Shown here: positions 25,118 to 36,902 of the stretch, piece by piece
How the letters are laid out: every line of letters begins with the position of its first letter
Position numbering within the stretch: the first letter of the stretch is position 1
Assembly (NCBI RefSeq): GCF_001194135.2
Contig: NC_068984.1
Location: 135,290,679-135,332,265 of the forward strand
DNA from: Octopus bimaculoides
Taxonomy: Eukaryota
Direction: 5' to 3'
Length of the DNA stretch: 41,587 nt
Position numbers and translations under genes: made by a program
Notes under the pieces: model-generated
What the model was told of the DNA's origin: nothing
Seen by the model: the letters and a program-made list of their open reading frames with translations, nothing else
Databases searched by the model: none

Positions 25118-25203
25118 ATACATATATTCTTAAAAAAACATGCTGCATACATATATTCTTAAAAAAACATGCTGCATACATATATTCTTAAAAAAAAACA
25201 TGC
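25118..25203 (+). repeat. Tandem repeat, ~29-bp unit x3 (ATACATATATTCTTAAAAAAACATGCTGC)
   Basis: Three near-identical copies that differ mainly in A-tract length. Confidence 0.95.
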
Positions 25204-26282
25204 AGCTATATGTTTTGTATTTGAAGTTTTTATGCTTAATTATGTTTTGGCTTTTGTTTTGGGCTATTTTCTGCGATTATTGTAGTATTTCGAATTACAT
25301 TTCTATTTATTGTGATGCTGTTAATTTTTTCCATGTTCGAAGCTACAAAAATTTTTAATATATGCAGTGATTTTTTTCACATCAATAACAATTTCCTACG
25401 GCATCTTTCACTTCAAGTTAAGCTTAATATTTTGCTTTGCTCTAAGCTTATCATTGCAATCTATCCTCTATAACAGTTCTTTACTATAATGTTGTTTTAG
25501 TTTTGTAAACAAAATGCTCTGTACGTTTTACCTCTACTACTAAAAAATTACCTTGAAGCAATTAAAAAATTCCAACTTGTGGATAAGAAAAATTGTGTGT
25601 CTGAAAACCTAATTCCAACTCTCTTGAAAAATTAGTGGTAGAGATAAATATGTTTTAAATATATGCCAAGAAGAGTTATAGCTGATGTCTGGCTAAATGA
25701 TTGGCGCCACACACATACATACATAGATATATTTGTGCACGTGTGTATATGTGTGTTATAGATATAAATTAATATAAAATTCATTTTAAAATAGTATAGT
25801 TTATTATTCAATGTCGTGTGAAAGAAACATCTTGTGTTTGTGAAAATTTATCGTATACCAGGCTTTTGAATGATCCGTTTTACAGTGTATTGTGCCTTAA
25901 GAATTCAAAAGCTTGCATTAAAATTAATTAAAAAGGTATTCTTATACTTTGAAAAAGGTCACCATTTTCTGAATGCATTGCTGCTGTCATCTATTTGCAT
26001 TAATCTTTTTCAGTTGAATATTCTCTGTTTGAAACTAAACAATGTTCACCGCTAAAGGAATCCAGGTCTAAATTACGAAACACAAAAATGAAATACAGAC
26101 ATGAGAAGACGTGGCTGAAGAGAATCAAGTGCTTTGGGTGCTAAATACGAAATCATAATACCAGATTAACTGACATTCCTTCTTGCAATTTCACCCAGGT
26201 AAGACGCAATCCATATTCAATTTTTTGGGAATCCTATTTTTAGTAAAGCTAGTACTTCAAAGCGACCTTGTTATATATAATT

Positions 26283-26323
<41 letters not shown>

Positions 26324-27049
26324 CACACACATATATAAATATATATGTATATATATATTTCTATATATATATATATCAATCTCTCTCTCTCTCTCTCTAT
26401 GTATATATATATATATATATATATATTCTTTAGTCATTGCACGGTGATAGCTTATAAGCCTTAGTCTTATAAAATACAATTATTATTATTATTTACAGAA
26501 TTGTAAAAATCGACGCTACTTCTCATGTCATAAACAGGCTGTTCATAAATGAATATCATTCAAATATATTAGTGTCGTTCCATTTGATGAATGTTACTGA
26601 CCCTCATGTAATAATATGCTATTCAGATCTGCACTTCAGAAATATATCGTAATGTAGCTTTCTTTATAACGCACGTTATTCAAATTATTTAAAACTAGCA
26701 ACGGAAATCCGTTAAATGTCCTTCGTAAAGATCTCTGGCAAAACATATAGAGAAAGTCAGTAAACTTGCAGCATGGTGTAAATAAAACATTCAAGTATCA
26801 TAAAAATAATGTAACACCTATTTGTGTAAAAACAAAGAAATCACTCGCATGGTTGTGAAATTATAAAATATCAACCGAGCAAAGCAAGCTTTCTAAAAGG
26901 CTACGTAAGATATCTGTATTTACTTTTTGAACGTGTGTGACACTTTGTTACTTGGATGAAAATGCAGATATTAGAATTCAGCTTCCTTATGTAATCGAAC
27001 ATCGAGAAGGCTATGAATAGGGACATAGTAGACGTTTTGTAAAACATAC

Positions 27050-27220
27050 TTCTAAGAATTGTAATGTTAGATCCGTGGAGTATATAAATACTTTAGCATT
27101 GAAATCTTCAAATGATTCGGGATCTAATGGTTGAAGTATATTTATAGAAACATGAAAATTTCCCATGCTATCTTGAGCATATTTTGTAATTTCCACATGG
27201 TTTCTACTCGAAAATATGCA
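27050..27220 (-). CDS. Candidate coding exon (phase 0-0) with weak cadherin-repeat-like motif
   Basis: 171 nt open: CIFSSRNHVEITKYAQDSMGNFHVSINILQPLDPESFEDFNAKVFIYSTDLTLQFLE. Donor GAA|GTATGT; acceptor TCAATAG is weak. INILQPLDPE...F.A.V resembles cadherin I.l..pLDxE....Y.L.V, but no DxNDN motif is seen. Confidence 0.2.
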
Positions 27221-29444
27221 CTATTGATAACCTATATCGCAGTTTTAAAAATTAAACTTTTATATAATGATACCGTTTGAAATAGATAAGTAATAACATA
27301 AATAATCATGCATGTTGAAGTATGAAGTAAGGTTTACAAATATTCTTAATTACATCTCGTTAAACTTTCAGGATTTTACGATAGATTCAACATTGATAAA
27401 ATATGAAGTGGAAATTGAATTTGTTATGTAAATCACTGTCTCTTATTTTTGTCAGAATTAAAACGTCTCTATGCCTTAATTTATTAAATACTATCACTGT
27501 TGTATACAGTCGTAAATATAATTCGTCAAGTTCTCTATTCACGTTTATTTTATCTGATAATCTGAGGAACCATTTTGTTCGAGAGAAACAAACGTAAATT
27601 TTCATCAGTGTTGTAGATTGAGAATGCGTAGTTAGTCAGATAAAGAATCGTTAATAAGGTTAACTATTTGGCTGCAACTTATAATACCTGTGAATCCAAT
27701 TAATATATTATTCACATAATCTAAATACTTCTCTCTCTATACGCAGAATTGTTGCAAACTTTATCTTATACACTGGATAATATATATATAGAATCAAAAT
27801 AACGTAAATGATTATAATTATTGGAAAGCTTAAATTGGTTTTACGCAAGAAAAGATAACTTAAGATTTACACCATTTAGATATAATTGTATAAAGCCAAG
27901 TAAAATAGTAAAATTATGGAAACTAAGAAATTAATTACTGAACTGTTTGGCCTTATTAATTATTGATTTCAGACATTGATCTTTAATTGAAGTCGTTAGC
28001 TATAAAAGAATAACTATGGAATATTTAATGGTTATGGTTTGTTTATAGTTTAATTTATAACTAAGAGATTATACTTTATCCAGACAACATATTAACGTGA
28101 ATGGAGATAAAACTATCCGTGTAAAACAGTGAGGTTTGCATTATAGCATGTGTAGAGTAACGTTAAATTAACAAGAACAAGACAAAATACAATATAGTGA
28201 CAATTTTCTATGTTAAAAACTATGTAAAACAAGAAGCTGACTATTGAATGTAGCTGAGTAATTGACATGATCATAATAAAAACACATTATCTTCTGTTGG
28301 AATCGCTATCTCAGTGACAAGTTAAAATTTATCCAGATATCACCTAAACGTGATCATAAGAAACATTGTATAATCACAAAATACAATTAACAATTAATCA
28401 TTCTTGCTAAAAGTTACATTCATATATGAAATTTTGAAAAAAAAATTAATGGTTGTATATACTATATTAGGAAATGTAACTCCACTTGTAGTTTAGCAAA
28501 ATATGGTCGGATATCTTGTTGAAATAATATCGCATTGCAACCTCTAGCATGCCGCGTCTTCAGGCGATGTTAATCTTGGAGCACATTATCCAATGTGACA
28601 TTTAAATGCGTTCAGGTGTGATTGTTTAAGGAATATTTTATTTGTGTCCCTAATCTAGCAGGTTATTTGACGGTAATGCAGATGTTTCTATGTTTAACAT
28701 CATCCCGTCTGCCTCTACCTAGATGTGACGATACTTTGAGACAAATTATGATTAACTAAGCTATTTTAGTATAGAGCCATGGTTTGCAAATTAATTTTTT
28801 ATCTTTCAGATCTTGAGCATTACTTTTATAATTTAATAGTAATTACTGTTTGTATACAAAATATATGAGACTATTTGATTTAACACCTAAAGTCTTGAAT
28901 AATGTGTTTCAAAAAGATGACCTCACAATATACGCGCGCGCACACATTTTATATGATAGTTTAAGCGTAGCACGTACACGATATATACTAACAGAAATTC
29001 TTGCCCTTAATATGTGCAGGATATTATTTTATCAATCTACATCAATGCAAAATACTCAAGTAAGTTATCGTAATATTGGTAACAATTTACATTGCTCGAA
29101 CTTAGACTAAAACTTAGGTTACTATTTGTATTAGTTCTAATATTTTCAACTGTCTGTTCGGTTTCTTTTAATGCTTTCTAACGATTCAGTAAATGATTAT
29201 CAATTTTGCATCAGCACTTTTTATTGATTTTATAAACCGTATTTCTTTTATCTTTTAGTATCCTAGTTCCTTCCAACAATTGTGTAATTGATGTTGCTTG
29301 TTAGAGTGCGTTATCCTGAATGCGATGATAACACGACAAAGTATTATTTCAATCATACCCACAAGTCGACATGTATTTGTTTCCGTTGATTTTGTAAAAT
29401 TATAAAACTTCCGAGTTATACAAATAAGTTATCACAAGACATAC

Positions 29445-29539
29445 AACAGCATATGGAGCTTGGAGAAGTATATCGGCGGAAGGAAAATGATATACAAGAC
29501 GTCATCAATGTTTAGTGGACGTAGAGGGAGACATATAAT
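29445..29539 (-). CDS. Candidate exon (95 nt), product unknown: IICLPLRPLNIDDVLYIIFLPPIYFSKLHML
   Basis: Strong acceptor GTGTTTATTTTTGTACGCAG| and donor |GTATGT; open in one frame only; hydrophobic. Confidence 0.2.
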
Positions 29540-30427
29540 CTGCGTACAAAAATAAACACGGACATGTGTAGCCCTTAGACATCCTAACTGAAGCAGAATC
29601 AACACACAACTAGAAACTTTACTGAACTCAATATAATATTTAGCATGGAAACAATTTGCTAAAGATCAACATTCAAATTACGATATTAGAAAGTATTGCA
29701 GACGTGCTCTGTGCGTGAGGAAATTGCAGTAGGACCCGGATTCTCATACAGAGGGACAGATGCCAAAATATTTTCTATAAATTCATATTGTTCGCTCCGG
29801 ACAATATGACACAACTATTTCTATCATCAGGATGTTTTTATTAGTGTCATAATAATATAGACTCAGACACAGGTATGAGTAACTTTAATAGTATATCAAA
29901 TACGTTGACAACGTACAGAAGCAGTCAGTATAATAATGTTCTTCTTTAGGTAAAGATAATAAGATAACATTTCCAAGAAATAGTTCCGGTTGCTTTCAAA
30001 TTAAAAAAAAAAAGACATTATTTAATTACTTTCTTTTTAGTAACATTTTCCGATGAGTAAAATATTTGTGACTGTCTGATGAGTATTCATCCGTATTTTT
30101 TAAAAAGGTATATTGAATATATTTTCTTCTGAGATATATAGTAATTAGAAAAGTGTCTTGTTTTTTGTATCGCAACGAACGGGATATGTCTCTTATGTGA
30201 AGCCCTCAATTCGTTATTCATGTCTATCTATTAATTTAATTTCAAATGTTTCTAATAACATTTCGTAGTATGGGTAAAATATGTGTACCAATAATGATAA
30301 TAATGAAAATATTATCATCATCACCATTGTTCATTGTTATTAGTTATCATTATGTTCAGTACCACATCGTTAGAAGCAATTAGAAAATCAACAGCTGCGG
30401 TGATGGTGATGGTGCTACTAATAGCAG

Positions 30428-30459
30428 GAGTAGTTGTAGCAGTAGCAGCAGCAGCAGTG

Positions 30460-30496
<37 letters not shown>

Positions 30497-30522
30497 CAGC
30501 AGCAGTGGTAGTGGTAGTAGTG

Positions 30523-30590
<68 letters not shown>
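30428..30590. repeat. Compound (GTA)n/(GCA)n/(GTG) trinucleotide array
   Basis: Direct inspection; explains the poly-Val ORF at 30334-30735. Confidence 0.95.
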
Positions 30591-32030
30591 CGCTATTGGT
30601 CTTGTTGTAGTTCCAATTAGTTACAATAAGTTAATTAGCTTAAAAGCATTAATTTACAGTCATGGATATGTTGGTCAGGTATCAGGACTCAACGGTTTTC
30701 AGGACTTGTTAAATCGCTACACACTATATCAATAACAACAGCGTGATATTGTGTGCTTCAACAAAGTTGGCGAAGTGATCTTATTGAAATAATATCCGGA
30801 TTTCTGTAACGAAATTAGTAGTAAATTCATTAGTTAATTACACCATGAATTAATCAACTGTTGGTCATCACCATGTGACACCGATTACCGGGATTCCCAT
30901 TTAAGCAATAGGAAAATATTTGGTGGATATAATGGTGAATTAAATAGATCATAGCACAAAGCTAGTTTTCGATTTATTACTTACAGAACTGCTAGACCAT
31001 TTAAATGTCAAATCCGCTCGTTAGCTTGAAAGGCTTGTGTTATAAGAATACTACCTCACCCACTGAAACGAAAATCAGCACCCGAAATAAATCTCACCCT
31101 TTATATCAAGGAAAACCTATGCCTCAGGGCATATGTGACCACTAATTAATGTTACTACTCAGGCCGTCACATCATTATCAAATACTGCGGAACGTAAGCT
31201 TGTGTTGTACACTGGTGTAGTGAGCTAACGCTGTACAAGAAATACATTTATATGATATGTTATTTAGTATACCAATATATAACACGGGGAGAACATTATG
31301 ATATCAAATTAGATAAGGAGGTTTTGAAAATATAATAGTTTCTGTAATAAGCATGTCAAAATACTAGCATTTGTTTTCCCAGTGTGAATAAAACTAATAA
31401 AATATGATCGTCAGTAAATATTGATATGATTGTAAGTAAAGAGTAAAGAGATTGATAAATTAGACATTAGAGTTTAGAATATATATCATGATATTAGCAA
31501 TCATATACAGTTGAAAACATGTCCTCATGTCACAGATAATTTGTTGCAAACCAAAATAATTCAATTTTCGAATTGTTGCTATGTCATCACGCGTTGTTTA
31601 GCTGATCTCATTTTCGTTGTTCGTTGATACTAAGTGCACTCAATCAGTTAATGGCATTTACAAAAATATAAGTGCTCCGTTGCATTTTATTATGGCTTAA
31701 TAATCTGAAGTCGTTATGCTTAAGTATGAAATAAAAATCATGGTCTGTTTTAGTGGAGCTTTAACGAGCTGTAAATTCCGAGCAGTTCACGTCCTGGAAA
31801 CGATGCTAGCTTTAAGTTATACACACAATAAAATCCCGTATATGTAAAGCAGTGAACAAAACTTGTTCGAATTATTGATATTATGCATGGAATTTGGACA
31901 AGTATTCTTCTGGACGTGTTTAAAATCTCAATGAACAATTATTCGATTTTGAGTTTAAAGTCAATTCGAGAAAACATGGATTAGTTTCTGTTTTGTTACG
32001 AACACATCAGGGAAGTACTTTCTATTATGT

Positions 32031-32322
32031 CATGGTAGTGAAAAATGGGCTGTGGCTACAGAGAACATGGGAAGGATTGAAAAAATGAAGCTAGCATGTT
32101 CCACTCGATGGGTGATATCAGTATGCATGTACAACTGTGTAAATGTTTTAAGGGGAAAATTGGGTGTAAGAGGCATCAAAGGTAGTATGCAAGAGAGAAG
32201 ACTGCACTGGTTTGGTCATGTGATGCGTATTGACGAGGACATCTGCATAAAGAAGTACTGATCTCTAATTGTGGATGGGACGTGAGAATGGGGGTAGAAC
32301 CTGGAAGACCTGGAATGAAGTG
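32031..32322 (+). mobile_element. RTE-clade non-LTR retrotransposon, decayed C-terminal ORF fragment
   Basis: Across frameshifts it reads HGSEKWAV..NEASM..NVLRGKLGVRGIKGSMQERRLHWFGHVMRIDEDICIKKY*SLIVDGT..GR..KTWNEV. YGSETW, RLRWxGHVxRM and GRPxKTW are characteristic of the RTE ORF C-terminus. Confidence 0.9.
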
Positions 32323-32821
32323 TCTTGGATAACAGCAACAGTAGGGTTCGTGTTCATGTGACATGTTTTTTAGTACTTCAGAAAGACATGTCACAAGCGG
32401 TTCTTCCCTTTGATCAAATTTGAGAGCACTAATAATTAAAATATGCATCCGACCAAGCGCCATCGAATATTTATAATTGAAATACTATACTGAAGACGGA
32501 AATAATTGAGTAAAAATGATATTTTACATCTCTTTAATCCAGAAACGCGTATATAGTTGATCAAAGCCAGGTGGATTCGTTATTTTTTCTCTTTGGCTGC
32601 GTGAGAGATATCTTATGGTAGTGGAATAGTATTTAACTGCTATTTCTAAATTTCGGTGTGCGGTGAAGCAATTTCTGCAGAATCCTAATAATGATTATAC
32701 TTATAATTATAGAATTTTTTGTATAAGGTTACCGATAATGGTTCTTTTAACATACCGAACTACTTGGTAAAATTATCAATTAGTAATTAATTAATATTAC
32801 CCTTTATTATTATATGTGTAT

Positions 32822-32940
<119 letters not shown>

Positions 32941-33447
32941 ATGTATATATATGAATACATGTATGTATGAAGGGCGTGAGTGAGTTAAGGAGAGAAGATA
33001 TGTCCCACAGTTTATGAATAATATCAAGAGTATAGAGCGTGTCTGGCAGACAAATTATTTAAAAGAACAGTCGTTTATCATATTAAATTCTTATCAAAAT
33101 AACCTGCTGATATATAAATATTTAATCATATTTTCAAATTCCTTTCTGTGATGTAAATGATAAAATCGTTTAACAGGAGAAATAACATGAATTCATATAT
33201 GAATTACGTCCTTTGACATTAATCCTTTCCAAAAGAACATGACACATATCAAGCATGTCACTACTCTTATTCTTTCTATGAAGAGTCTCTTAGTGTGAAT
33301 GCCATCTCTGAGTAGCTTTGCTATGTACTATCTTTGAGCTCAGAATCTGTGTTACTTCAGCTCTCAGTGAGGAACAGAAATATTAAGATCTGGAATGAAT
33401 ATGAGCAAGATGCTGCATTATTGTTTGAAATAGATTGAAGAAGCATG

Positions 33448-33540
33448 CAAATTATTCCATCGAAGACGACTACGCCTTTCAACCTTTCGGGGTCCATGAA
33501 ATAAGATACCAGACAAGTACTGGAGTCGATATTATTGACT
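33448..33540 (+). mobile_element. Family A SINE central fragment, sense orientation
   Basis: GACGACTACGCCTTTCAACCTTTCGGGGTCCATGAAATAAGATACCAG..ACTGGAGTCGATATTATTGACT matches the reverse complement of the family A central domain. Confidence 0.75.
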
Positions 33541-34030
33541 AGAACATCTCAAAATTTCAGTCCTTGTCCTGTGTTACAAAAAGTCATATCGGTATGCAAA
33601 TGAAAAGTGGCAGGTACATATATTTAGTATATACAAACTACAAACGTCACTCACTCTTGCTTACAATTATTCCACAATATGACCGACGAGATCTAAAAGT
33701 AGTTCGTAGAATATATTTTCTGGATGTAGGCCTACTTACTTTAATCTAACTATATACCATATTGATATAACTTGTGTGGTTAAGACCTAGAAATGGTGTG
33801 ACGCTCCCGCTCTCCTTTCATACTAATTATGATGTCATTAATCTGAACGGATTGATACTTTGTGGATTTTCATGGATATTTGTGGATACTTTGTGAATTT
33901 TCATTCACTTAATAATCAAATGAATTAAGAAACAAGTAGTAATTTGAACGTGACTGTAGTTCCTTCAGTCTTATACTTTACATGTTATACTCTGCAGTGT
34001 TCAATTATTATTTCACTACCTATGTTTCCA

Positions 34031-34450
34031 CAGGTAAGTCTGTGTGGTAAGAAGATTGCTTCTCAACCAGATGTTTCCAGATTCAGTTCCACTGCGTGGC
34101 ACCTTGGGCGGGTGTCTTCTACTATAAACTCGGGCCGACCGAAGCCTTCTGGGAGTAGTGGTGCTTGAGCGAAACTCTAAGAAGTCGACCGCATAAATAT
34201 ATAAATGTGTATCTTTGTGAGTGTGTGTGTGCGTTTGTGTCTGTGTTTGTCCCCACCACTGCCTGACAACCGGTTTTGGTATGTTTACGTCCCCGTAATC
34301 CAGCGTTTCGGTTAAAATACCTGATAGTATAAGTGCCAGACTTAAAAAATATCATAACTCGTGTCGATTCATTCCAATAAAAAAATAATCTTGAAGGCGT
34401 TGCCCCAGCATGGCCGCAGTTTAATGACTGAAAAAAACATAAAAAAAAGA
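34031..34450 (+). mobile_element. Near full-length tRNA-derived CORE-type SINE (family B) with internal (GT)n
   Basis: tRNA-like head CTGTGTGGTAAGAAG..AGATTCAGTTCC, CORE-like ACCTTGGGCGGGTGTCTTCTACTATA, internal GT-rich tract, tail CCAGCATGGCCGCAGTTTAATGACTGAAA plus an A-rich end. Confidence 0.85.
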
Positions 34451-34630
34451 TAAACGATACTTATGCAGTTTCTCTCTTAAGTTTTTTTTTTTCGTAATTC
34501 ATAATCGATATGAAATTTGGTCAGAAGTAAACCGGATTTGGAATATGTGCGATATAACTCTGCAATCTTTGATTGCTTCTCCGAAAGAATTTCCATTCTG
34601 GCAAATAATCGTGATGAACGTGTAAATATT

Positions 34631-34860
34631 TATTTCTTTATTGCCCCAAGGGGGCTAAACACAGAAGGAACAAAGATGGACAGACAAAAGGATTAAGACG
34701 ATTACATCGACCCCAGTGCGTAAGTGGTACTTATTTAAGCTATCCCGAAAGGATGAAAGGCAAAGTCGACCTCGGCGAAATTTGAACTCAGAACGTAACG
34801 GCTGACGAAATACCGCTAAACATTTCGCCCGCCGTGCTAACGATTCTGCCAGCTCACCGC
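34631..34860 (-). mobile_element. Near full-length tRNA-derived SINE (family A)
   Basis: GATTACATCGACCCCAGTGCGTAAGTGGTACTTATTTAA..CCCGAAAGGATGAAAGGCAAAGTCGACCTCGGCGAAATTTGAACTCAGAACGTAA..GAAATACCGCTAAACATTTCGCCCG; high identity to 22223-22448. Confidence 0.92.
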
Positions 34861-36704
34861 AAATATTAAATGATTCGATACTATAATAGGTATATGCCAT
34901 CCAACATTTTTTCTCCGGTTCTCTTCCTTTTTCTTTTATTTCATCATTCTAAGAGCTACGATTTTATTACATTTACTGTAACAATTATTATATTTACAAT
35001 TTAATTCTTAATTTGCTTAGAGGTTAGAAATACGGCATTCAGAGCGAATGAAGCAAATTTTGTTTGAAATCATATATTTGCCTACAAAAATATAATCAAT
35101 AAAAGATACAATCGATAGCCCTTAAGTAAGACAAGATATAAATTCTTTGGCATTTCTGACAGCGAATTTAGCTTCTATGATATAGAGTGTGATTAACAAA
35201 GCTATTGTTGTGGTTAGGTATTTGTATGTATTCCTGATTTCTGTCACCTTAATTGAACAATGTGTTTATTATTCTCTATTGATTCGATCTCACAAAACTA
35301 GAAGCATAATGGTGATAATAGCTGTCACCTGATCATAATTGGGTTAAATCACTTGAAGAAATAGAAATTTATTGACATGAATAATTCAAAACCTATTTCA
35401 GTCAAACTATTTTATTCTGTATTTCTCTTTCATATAACAACAATAAAAAGTGAAAAACCGAAAACAAAAAATTGGTTCAGTATTATGTTTGCTGTAAATA
35501 ATTATTTACAAGGTGATGTCATTTGAAGAGGTTATAAAAGGCGGCACGATTTGAGTGAAATACTTAAACGTTAATTTTTCAGCATATTCAATTTTATTTT
35601 ATTTTCTATGAAACGTTTTTGCATCGCTAATCTAAGGAGCTGTTATGTATTATCATTTCTCGCCGAACACATGTGAGAAAGATCGTCTCTATGTTTATTG
35701 GAGAAGAATAGCATTTCTTTACTTTAATAATGGAAAAAAACATTCAGCTGTATACGCTTCATTAAACGTTTTGTCAAATCAAACAGCAGACATCGATTGG
35801 GAAGAATAAAATCTACATACTGTTTCAATGATTAAAGTAGATTTTTAATTTATGCATTGGAAAAAGAAATAAACATAATCTTCTCGAGTCATCGCATCAA
35901 TTAGGTCTCATGTTACATCGGGCATAATTCTAATTTTAATTTTCAGAATAGAAACTAGTCGTATGAATGTTCAAAGTAACAAATTGATACAGCACGTTAT
36001 TATTGTGTGAAGAAATAAAACAAAATAATTGCATTGAACAAAAGCAGAATATAACCTGAGACTCTGTCACTAAATATAGGCAAGTAGATCTTTCCCAGAT
36101 GTATGCAACACACATAAAATGCCATACATTTACCGTAATCTAGAAAGTGAATTCTACATGAATCATAAGTCAAGATATGCTATGTACTATAAATTTACTG
36201 AACAATATAAAGCAAAAATAGGCCTCGAATGGAAACAAGTACAGTGATTTCAATAACTCAATTTACTCTTCAGGGAAAACGCCATTAGGAATTCATTCTG
36301 AGGAGTAATAAAAATCACATTACAAAATAGAAATGCAGCAGTACAAATGTTTTTTGGCTTTTTATTATATCTGATTTCGATTCCAACGAGGACTGATCTT
36401 TAGTTCAACCATTTTGAATTGGAAAATCGTTTTTATTGGCTTTTTTAATATTTTACGTATTTGTTGAGCAAATGTATACAACAAATATACGTTTTATGAT
36501 AAAATGCGCCCTATTTCGATAAAATGTTCCCACAAAACAATTTTGTGAACGCGTTATGCAGTGGGCATAATAAATAAGATATTTAAGAACATATTCGTAA
36601 TTCCTATGTTTTCCCCAAAATACCAAAAACATGCTGAAATTGTGATATGACATTCCAGTTTATGCCAGTTAAATACTTATGTCAAATATCAGTTTCAGAT
36701 TTTG

Positions 36705-36902
36705 ATTCAAGGCCAGCAATCTCGGGGAAGGAGATACGACAATTACTTCGACCCCAGTGTTTAACTGCTTGTTATTTTATAGATTCCAGGACGATGACAG
36801 GCAGGATCAACCTTCGTAGATTTTGAACTTCTAATATAAAGACGGACGAAATACCAGTAAGAATTTTGCCCGGCATGCTAACTATTCTGAGATCCCGCCG
36901 CC
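36705..36902 (-). mobile_element. Degraded tRNA-derived SINE (family A)
   Basis: TTACTTCGACCCCAGTGTTTAACTG..TTTTGAACTT..AAAGACGGACGAAATACC..TTTTGCCCGGCATGCTAAC..CCGCCGCC. Confidence 0.8.

Noticed and set aside
26930-26990. TCVTLCYLDENADIRI as a TnpB/Fanzor RuvC-III-like motif (CxxC..RDxNAxxNI)
   Set aside because: The match is poor, the frame is closed by nearby stops, and no RuvC-I/II motifs or long ORF are present.
29795-29835. Minus-strand CTGATGA-TA-GAAA-TA-GTT-GTGTC as another hammerhead
   Set aside because: There is no helix II and no helix I complementarity.
30334-30735. Poly-Val ORF (+) and an antisense start-less Thr/Ala-rich, mucin-like open frame (about 30321-30620, -)
   Set aside because: Both result from the (GTA)n/(GCA)n array; the Thr-rich frame has no start codon or convincing splice sites.
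33190-33205. 16-bp perfect palindrome AATTCATATATGAATT
   Set aside because: Expected by chance around an AT core in AT-rich DNA.
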